Source: Macrostomum lignano (Eukaryota). From it: 64,000 bases of DNA. Shown here in pieces: positions 54,592-64,000 of this stretch. How positions within the stretch are numbered: the first letter of the stretch is position 1; the number at the start of each line of letters is the position of its first letter. The notes below the pieces were generated by a model. That model saw only the letters and a list, made by a program, of their open reading frames with translations. It made no database searches and was not told where the DNA came from. The translations under genes were made by a program, and so were the position numbers. The stretch is taken from NCBI GenBank assembly GCA_002269645.1, contig NIVC01000860.1, positions 248,001 through 312,000 on the forward strand, read 5' to 3'.

Positions 54592-55062
54592 TCCGGCCCT
54601 GCTTGGACTCAACCGCAGGGACATCAGGACGGTTACCATGGCCCTCTCGGGTCATGGCTGTTTTGCCAGGCATCGCTACCTCCAGGGAAAAATCCGCAGT
54701 GAGGAATGCCCCTTCTGCCTCTCCGGTGTCGAGAATGCGGAGCACTTCATCTGTGAATGCCCCGCCTTTAATTACTCAGGACAGGCTCACCTACCTCGGC
54801 CCAAACCCGGACCTCTCCGACGTTTTCAGGCCCGAGAATCTCTGCCAACTCGTCCGCTACCTAAGGGCTACCGTGCGAGCGACAATCCACCTCCTGGACT
54901 CTCCGGAGGGGGACCGCGCTGCGGACACCGGCGCCACCGGAACTCCCTGCGCGACACTGCAGCACCAGCTGCCCGTGGTCGCAAGGGTTAGCGAAATGGG
55001 CGGCAACGCCTCCTCGCTGTTTCCGGACGCGCGGAGCCCCCTGCAGCTAAGTCAAGTCAAGT
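54592..55062 (+). mobile_element. 5'-truncated LOA-like LINE, copy C (same subfamily as A and D)
   Basis: 8-bp TSD ACTGTACA at 54584-54591 and 55063-55070. [24 protein letters not shown]. Tail TAAGTCAAGTCAAGT. Confidence 0.93.
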
Positions 55063-55239
55063 ACTGTACACCCTATGTGAGCCTTATCAGGGATCAGCAG
55101 AATGGATATGATTGGCTTTGTTTCTTCTCTGGCTGCGGGCAGACCAGATGTCGGCGAACTCCGGCACGCAAAGCCTCTCTAACTGACCCTCCGTCCTTTG
55201 AAACTTTACATTAGCAATCCGGCCTGATCAAGATCTGTC

Positions 55240-55695
55240 TCTTCTCAGCTCTCTTGTCTCCTTTCTCTCCTCTCCCTTCTCTCTTCTCCTCTCCTCTCTT
55301 ATTCTCTCCCTCCTCTCCTCTCGTCTCGTCTCCTCTCACTTCTCTCCTCTCGTCTCCTCTTCTCTCCTTTCCTCTCCATTCTCCGCTTTACTCTCCTCTC
55401 CTCTTCTCTTTTATCCTCTACTCTCCTCTCCTTTTCTCTCTTCTTCTCTCCCTTCTTTCATCTCTTATTCTCTCTCCCTTCTCTCCTCTCGTCTCCTCTC
55501 CTTTCTCTCCTCTCGTCTCCTCTCCCTTCTCTCCTCTCGTCTCCTCTCCCTTCTCTCCTCTCGTCTCCCCTCCCTTCTCTCCTCTCGTCTCCTCTCCCTT
55601 CTCTCCTCTCGTCTCCTCTTCTCTCCTCTCCTCTACTCTCCTCTCTTTTTCTCTCCTTTCCTCTCCATTCTCTTCTCTACTCTCCTCTCTCCTTC
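55240..55695. repeat. CT-rich low-complexity repeat
   Basis: (CTCTC/CTCGT)-type units. Confidence 0.9.
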
Positions 55696-56231
55696 CTCTG
55701 GCCCACAGTCATTCGCTAGGTTCTCTATCTGCCCTTGAGGTAAAAAATTTGCCGACCCGTGGGGTAAGCTGTCGACTAATAAGTAATTAATCCGATGCCC
55801 GAAACCCCCTACTAGTAGTAGGTCAACTAATTTTTTGGCGCTAATTTTTTTGCGCCAGTATAATGAAAAAGCAAACTGCTAGAGCTTATATTTCTTGATG
55901 CAAAGTTTAGATTTTATCTTTACATATTTGCGTACAAACATACAAATTTTATTTATACATTTCAATTAAAAATTATTAAATTTAAAAACACAGACTTAAG
56001 TTACAGCAAATAATGCACAAATTCGCAGGTATAATTGACGACTAAAATTAGTAATATATGCAGCTTAGAATTAGTTCATACGAGTATATGCAGTAGCACT
56101 TCACGCGAAATTAAAAGAAACAAATGCTTATTGATATCTTTTATTTTGAGTATTCCGTAGAGGTATACTCAAATCAATTATCAAATCAATAAATTACCTC
56201 TAAAAACCCATTGTGAGTCTGATACCCTCTG

Positions 56232-56950
56232 CTGACTGACAGTCTGATCCCATCTCCTGACTGACAGTCTGATCCCATCTCCTGACTGACAGTCTGATCC
56301 CATCTCCTGACTGACAGTCTGATCCCATCTCCTGACTGACAGTCTGATCCCATCTCCTGACTGACAGTCTGATCCCATCTCCTGACTGACAATCTGATCC
56401 CATCTCCTGACTGACAATCTGATCCCATCTCCTGACTGACAATCTGATCCCATCTCCTGACTGACAGTCTGATCCCATCTCCTGACTGACAATCTGATCC
56501 CATCTCCTGACTGACAGTCTGATCCTATCTCCTGACTGACAGTCTGATCCCATCTCCTGACTGACAGTCTGATCCCATCTCCTGACTGACAGTCTGATCC
56601 CATCTCCTGACTGACAGTCTGATCCCATCTCCTGACTGACAATCTGATCCCATCTCCTGACTGACAGTCTGATCCCCTCCCAGACTGACAGTCTGATCTC
56701 ATCTCCTGACTGACAGTATGATCACCTTCCCTGATTGACAGTCTGATCCCATCTCCTGACTGACAGTCTGATCCCCTCCCAGACTGACAGTCTGATCCCC
56801 TCCCTGACAGTCTGATCCCCCTCCTGACAGTCTGACCCCTTCCCTGACAGTCTGACCTCTCCTCTGACAGTCTGATACTCTCCCCTGACAGTCTGAACCC
56901 TCCTCTGACAGTCTGATACTCTCCCCTGACAGTCTGATCCCCTCCCCTGA
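56232..56950. repeat. 25-bp minisatellite (CTGACTGACAGTCTGATCCCATCTC)n grading into ~21-bp variants; downstream of the CCNQ stop
   Basis: Tandem units begin a few bases past the CCNQ stop codon (minus-strand sense). Confidence 0.94.
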
Positions 56951-56953
56951 CAT

Positions 56954-58492
56954 TCAGTTGAAACCGGCAGGCGCCCCAGCACCAAGCACCTGGTCAAGCT
57001 GGTACACCCGGCAGATGTCAGTAACCAGCCGGTCCATCAGCCCGGCGCTGGCCTCGGGCCACAGAGCTCGATACCAGGGCTGCCGACTCTCGATTTCGCC
57101 TGGCAACCGTAGGCCAATTAGTCGCATAGCAACCGCGATGACGCCCAAGCTAAGCGCCTGAGGCGGATAGGACAGACACAGAGGTGCGTGATAGCTGTCC
57201 CTCAGGACGGACCAGGCCAGTGTGGGCAGGCGGGACTGGCGCAAGGCGCCTGGCGGCATCCAATCAGCGATGGCGCTCAGCTGATAAAGCAGGTGCGGAT
57301 GCGGCAGCTGCAGCTCGGTGCTGAAGCCGACCGCGCGAACCAGGAATAGCTCGCAGGTGGCCAGCGACTGGCGTAGGCCGTTGTACACCTGGTTGTTGCC
57401 GCCCTCCAGCGGCTCCTTGTCAGGGTGCAGCGTCCTGGGAGTTGGGAGATTCAGATCACACTGTCAGGGAGGGGATAAGACTGTCAAATGATGGGATCAA
57501 AGTCTCAAGGGAGGAGTTCAGGCTGTCAGGGAGGGGATCAAACTGGTGATCAGACCGTCGTGGAGAGGATCCGACTGTCAAATGATGGGATCAAAGTCTC
57601 AAGGGAGGAGTTCAAGCTGTCAGGGAGGGGATCAAACTGGTGATCAGACCGTCGTGGAGAGGATCCGACTGTCAGGGGAGGGGTCAGACTGTCAGGGGAG
57701 GGGATCAGACTGTCAGGGGAGGGGATCAGACTGTCAGGGGAGGGGTCAGACTGTCAGGGGAGGGGATCAGACTGTCAGGGGAGGGGATCAGACTGTCAGG
57801 GGAGGGGTCAGACTGTCAGGGGAGAAGATCAGACTGTCAGGAGAGAGGTCAGACTGTCAGGGAGATGAGGCTGTCAGGGTGGAAGCCTGGGAGGGGTCAG
57901 ACTGTCAGGGAGAGGATCAGACTGTCATTAGAGGGGATCAAACTGTCAGAGACAGGATGAGACTGTCAGGGGATAAGGCTGTCAGGGAGGGGATCAGACT
58001 GTCAGGGGAGAGAATCAGCCTGCAAATTAAAGCACTAAGTAGTATACAAACGCACTGATAGAAGACATTGATGATATCGCGTGAATAAACAGACTTGTCC
58101 AATAGTTTTGCAGCCAAATGAACGCAAGACATTAGGAGAGTCTGGAAAATGAATATAGCAATAGATTCAAATTGGGTTAGGCCCAGCAAAACATACTTAA
58201 AATGTTTTTTTACATTTCAAATAAATTTTACAGAAAACTCACATGAGGGTCCACATCGTCAATGCTGATGGATTTGTAGAATCGGTGGTACAGTGTGGCT
58301 GCCCCAGCAAATGTGGTTGCATCCAAGTCCAATTTGATTGCTAAATTGTACAGATATTTGGTAAAATAAATTTAAAATAATTACACCTAATTAGAATGAA
58401 TTAAAAATATGCATAGATTTCAAAACAAACTTACAGGCTTCAGTCAAGACAGATATAGCTTTGAAATGGTAAGATTCAGTTTGCCTATCCAT
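56954..58492 (-). CDS. CCNQ: Cyclin Q (FAM58/cyclin M), 4 exons, 240 aa
   Basis: Exons 58492-58435, 58340-58243, 58141-58056, 57434-56954 (723 nt, phases consistent). HFKAISVLTEA, AATLYHRF, RDIINV, EPLE and AWSVLRDSYHAPLCL match CCNQ. Confidence 0.92.
57460..58010. repeat. ~22-bp minisatellite (GATCAGACTGTCAGGGGAGGGG)n in CCNQ intron 3, inverted relative to 56232-56950
   Basis: The unit is the reverse complement of the CCCCTCCCCTGACAGTCTGATC units. Confidence 0.92.
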
Positions 58493-59260
58493 GAATGGCT
58501 ACTAGATTAGCTGTAATTTTTTGTTTAGTAAGCAGTGACAAGTATTAATATGTTATTACATTAAAACTAAGTGATAGGCATAGGTATTATCAATGTGTTA
58601 TTTCTTATCTTATAGTTTTTGCCTAGCATTTCGTCAAAAAAGGCTTCTAAAGCCTAACTTTAATTTAAAGTCTATTTGATCACTATTTGTATCAAGTTTT
58701 ATAGTTTGTTTGTTTGGCATATATACTTAAGACATAAGTTTGCATTTTACCCAACACTATATACCATTATCAAATAGTACTTTACCACTTGTATGTAGTG
58801 CTTGACTGAACTTGTATTTAACTTCTAAGTAAAAGTTGTTAGTCCAAGAACTCCAAAGTGTCCAAAAGGAGTGTATAGTTTATATACACCTATTTGAAAA
58901 TAGGTTATTTGATAGGATTAAAGCAAAATTACTTTATTTGAATGCCATAGTCTGGATCATGGCAGGCATATGGCAGAATGAACATTCATGTTTTTTTTTT
59001 CAATTTTATGCTGACATAAAATTAAAAAAAATTATACCAAGACTAAAATTATTTATATGCCATTTTTAACTTACATTACATTTTGATTACATTAATTACT
59101 TTCTATTTTAGTTTCCAATTATTTTTAAAGAGCTTTCGACTTTGGTTGATATTTAACTACACAATTATATTAGCCTTGAACTTGGCTATTTTTTGTATGT
59201 CAACTGTGTATACTTTATGTTGAACCTGAAAATTCTATATGCCAAGATTGTCAGCGAGAG

Positions 59261-59853
59261 CCATAGTCAGGATCATGTCATGGTATATGCCGGAATAAAG
59301 ATTCCCCTAAAAAATCTACACCACTTCATACTGAAACATATGCCAAGGTCCTAGGAACTTACGCCAGGTTTTCTAGGCTTTGCGATAATAAATGACCTTT
59401 TTTGCATGTTACAAAAAATTCTTTTTCTTCAAATAAATTATTTAACAAATGTGTGGTTTTCATTTAAAGTAAATTGGCTTACAGATAATGCCAACAAAAA
59501 TCAATTTTTTGTTTAAGTTTTTTTAGAAAATTACACAATTAGTTTGCATGGAATTTTAAATTTTTATAAATCATGAATAGTTATGAACTTTCATCTTACG
59601 AGTTTTACGGTTTTTATGATTTTATAATAAGATTCTGAGGTTATGGCATTATGCCAATAATTGTTAATATTAACTTTGGCATGAAGGTTAGAGTTGGCGT
59701 ACGCTGCTTGGTGTATTTACGCCACGGCATCATGCCAAAAGGTATGCCAAATATATTTTGCCTCATTTTTTAAGCCAATTGTATGCCAAAAAAGTAACAT
59801 TTTCAATTGTACGCCAGATATTTCTGGCATAATGTACATCATCCTGACTATGG
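59261..59853. mobile_element. Putative hAT-like MITE
   Basis: TIR CCATAGTCAGGATnATGT at both ends; 8-bp flanks AGCGAGAG/AGCAAGAG (7/8); many subterminal TATGCCA motifs. Confidence 0.6.
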
Positions 59854-61231
59854 AGCAAGAGCATTAATATGCCAGAATTTTCTGGCATAAAGGCCACCTT
59901 CTAGACTATGGCCAGAGTAGGCTAGGCCTGCTAGGGCCTATGGAATATAATATTAGCATTGTCCTAGGACTCCTAGGATCTTAAAATAGGGACCTAGTAA
60001 AATGGCAATTATTCAACAAGTTTAAAGCTCCTATTTAAACTTGTTGGATGTTCAATTCAATGTTTATAATTAATACAAAAAATTATATTATGCATAGGCC
60101 TAATGCCCTAATATAACATTGAATTTAATACATAATAAATGTTAAACATAATATACTATAGTCTATAATACTAGGCCTTGGCTTAAGGCCTTAAGGGCTA
60201 AGGCCTATGCTATAGATTATAGTAGATAGGCCTATTCATATTTTTAGTAATGCATGATAAAAAAGCCAATAAAACTAGGCTTAATTCCTAGCTTAGGCTC
60301 TGCTATGCAATGCTAGGGATTAGGCCTCTGTAATATTGCATTTTTGGAATCCAAATTTGAGATCCTTGATCCTAGGCCAGGGCATTGGCCTATTGCCAAA
60401 TTCTAGGATCTCAGGTCTTTTGAAACCAACAAAAGAAAGGTGAGTACATTATGTAAATCTAGGGAAAATACTATTAGGCTAAATAGGCCTACTACTAGGT
60501 CTAGGTCTAGACTAGTTACAAAATGCAACTATATGAACTAGGGGTCAGGGGAGGGCCTACATAATGGCAATGCATGCAATAACAAAGACTAGGCCTTAGG
60601 CCACTGTGGACTGTCACTAGCTGGACTATACACCGTAACTAAACCTACCTACACCACTGCGCGTGCCCAATTATATGGAACTTCATTGTATGATAGTATT
60701 AAAGAAACAATAACAATTAACATGATGCGCATGCGCTGCGCATTGGTTCAGTCTTTTGGTAAATTATTTCTCGGAAAAAACTTACTTGAAATTGTGCGAT
60801 CGCTTGTGCAATACAACAGAACAAAGTATCTGGAATTGGCCATCAACATTACCGCCATCATTGGTATTTGGTATTGTCAATTTGGTATTGCTACTCTGGC
60901 TGGCTCGCTGGTCAAAAAATGAAATCGCGGGGGTTTGTTAACATTTCTTTTTACGTACCCGCCTTCGTGTCTGAATTTTCGCTTTCAGTTTCATTTCTAG
61001 ATGGCGACAATAAAAACTGAACGTAAAAATGGATAGTTGATTAAAACGTGCATGTAAAATTCATTCTGCATCGAGCATAAACAAAATGGAAAGATGTCAA
61101 GTTATAGATGTAGGTGAGAAGTCGATGACCACGAGGTCGAAATAAAAGACTTTTTTTCAAACTATATAACATGTACATGTATATAGAAAAGGCCAAATTG
61201 AAACAACAACGCAAAACAACACAAACAGATT

Positions 61232-61515
61232 GTTAAGTGCAAGTTTCAGGTAGGTAAATGTCAGTTTCAGGTAGTTAATTGTGTCAGTTTCAGGTAGTTA
61301 TATTTTTGTCAGTTTTAGGTATAGGTAAATGTCAGTTTCAGGTACTTCAATGTAAGTTTCAGTTATACTTACAGACCATTTTTAGTATATGGAAGTGTCA
61401 GTTTCAGGTAGTTAAATGATCAGTTTCAGGCAAGCTCGTTGTTTTGTGTCAGTTTCATGTAGTTAAAAATGTCAGTTTCAGGTAGATAATTAAATGTCAG
61501 TGTCAGGTAGTTAAG
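61232..61515. repeat. Degenerate repeat with core TGTCAGTTTCAGGTAG and short variable linkers
   Basis: About 8-9 recurrences. Confidence 0.75.
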
Positions 61516-61597
61516 TGCCAGCGATAATAATGTAAAGCCACAGTCTCTTTATCGTATCTGGAATATGTAAATCACGCCATCTCGCATCGCTTCCTCA

Positions 61598-61741
61598 GAG
61601 TGGAAATGTAAAAAGACACCGGCCCTACTTGCCCCTGTGGATTACTGACGTTCGCGTGATCCTGTTCGCGGTGTCCCTGCTGCTGTTTGTCATTGTAGCC
61701 CCTGGCATCAACCAACAGCCGTTGTTCACGAGGAAAAGATT
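61598..61741 (+). CDS. Possible exon of a DUOXA (dual oxidase maturation factor)-like membrane protein
   Basis: After CTCAG: ..RPYLPLWITDVRVILFAVSLLLFVIVAPGINQQPLFTR, resembling DUOXA TM1 (F.VI.PG.R). Other exons were not found and the donor is uncertain. Confidence 0.3.
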
Positions 61742-62220
61742 GTGAATGGTTATAGGCACAAACCACAATTCAAAATTGAAGGTTCAACTGTTTAAAGTGA
61801 ATAGCCATATTTTTATTAAGATTCCTTTCACTTGCTTCCTTTTGTCTATAATCCCCAACTCCCCGATCCAATTCAGAGGCTACAAAATTGACGAGGTAAA
61901 GTAATTATACTTTATGTAATCAGGTGAAGTACTTGTTTAATTGGTTGTGATGAGGACGCACTTTTTTCCAAACCCCGCGCTAGCACATGGGCTCTAAACT
62001 TACTAGCCTACTAACAGTGGGCAATGGGCATTTTTATCCTTTTTCTGCGAATAGTCATAGAATCTATACTAGATATAATGTCTGGTCATACTAGTAGTCA
62101 TAATAACATAGGCATAGCTTTTTGGGTCATAAATCATCGCTTTCGAAGCTGGTCTGAAAGCCACCTGCGCCTCACTCAGTGTTGAGGCGGGCGCCAGATG
62201 GTCTGAGAGGATGCGGGCGG

Positions 62221-64000
<1,780 letters not shown>

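Noticed and set aside
60014-60046. Perfect 13-bp hairpin
   Set aside because: Isolated, AT-rich, with no Helitron/Helentron termini or other context.
61232-61515. CRISPR-like repeat with variable linkers
   Set aside because: Eukaryotic context, degenerate repeats, short irregular AT-rich linkers, no cas genes.

Overview
Eukaryotic (invertebrate animal) genomic DNA, not prokaryotic. The GT-AG introns, satellite load and gene set are compatible with a flatworm such as Macrostomum, but that is inference only. Host genes, left to right: an 8-exon CLCA-like metalloprotease/vWA gene (minus, 3' end off-window); an intronless CAP59/GT69-like glycosyltransferase; a 5-exon CTDSP-family phosphatase; a BEN-domain ORF; four tandem intronless EcKL kinases; a Methuselah-like 7TM receptor; a large exon of unknown function; and a 4-exon cyclin Q (CCNQ/FAM58). 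Mobile DNA: four LOA/Lian-like non-LTR retrotransposons of two subfamilies (three with identifiable TSDs), an internally deleted Tc1/IS630 element with 135-bp TIRs, a hAT-like MITE and many micro/minisatellites. Main discovery: both 5'-complete LINEs begin, at the base defined independently by their TSDs, with a hand-foldable HDV-like self-cleaving ribozyme that carries a large covarying J1/2 insert. Also notable: patchwork gene conversion across the EcKL array, and two cases of inverted satellite arrays bracketing terminal exons. All alignments, folds and family assignments were done by eye, with no database search.
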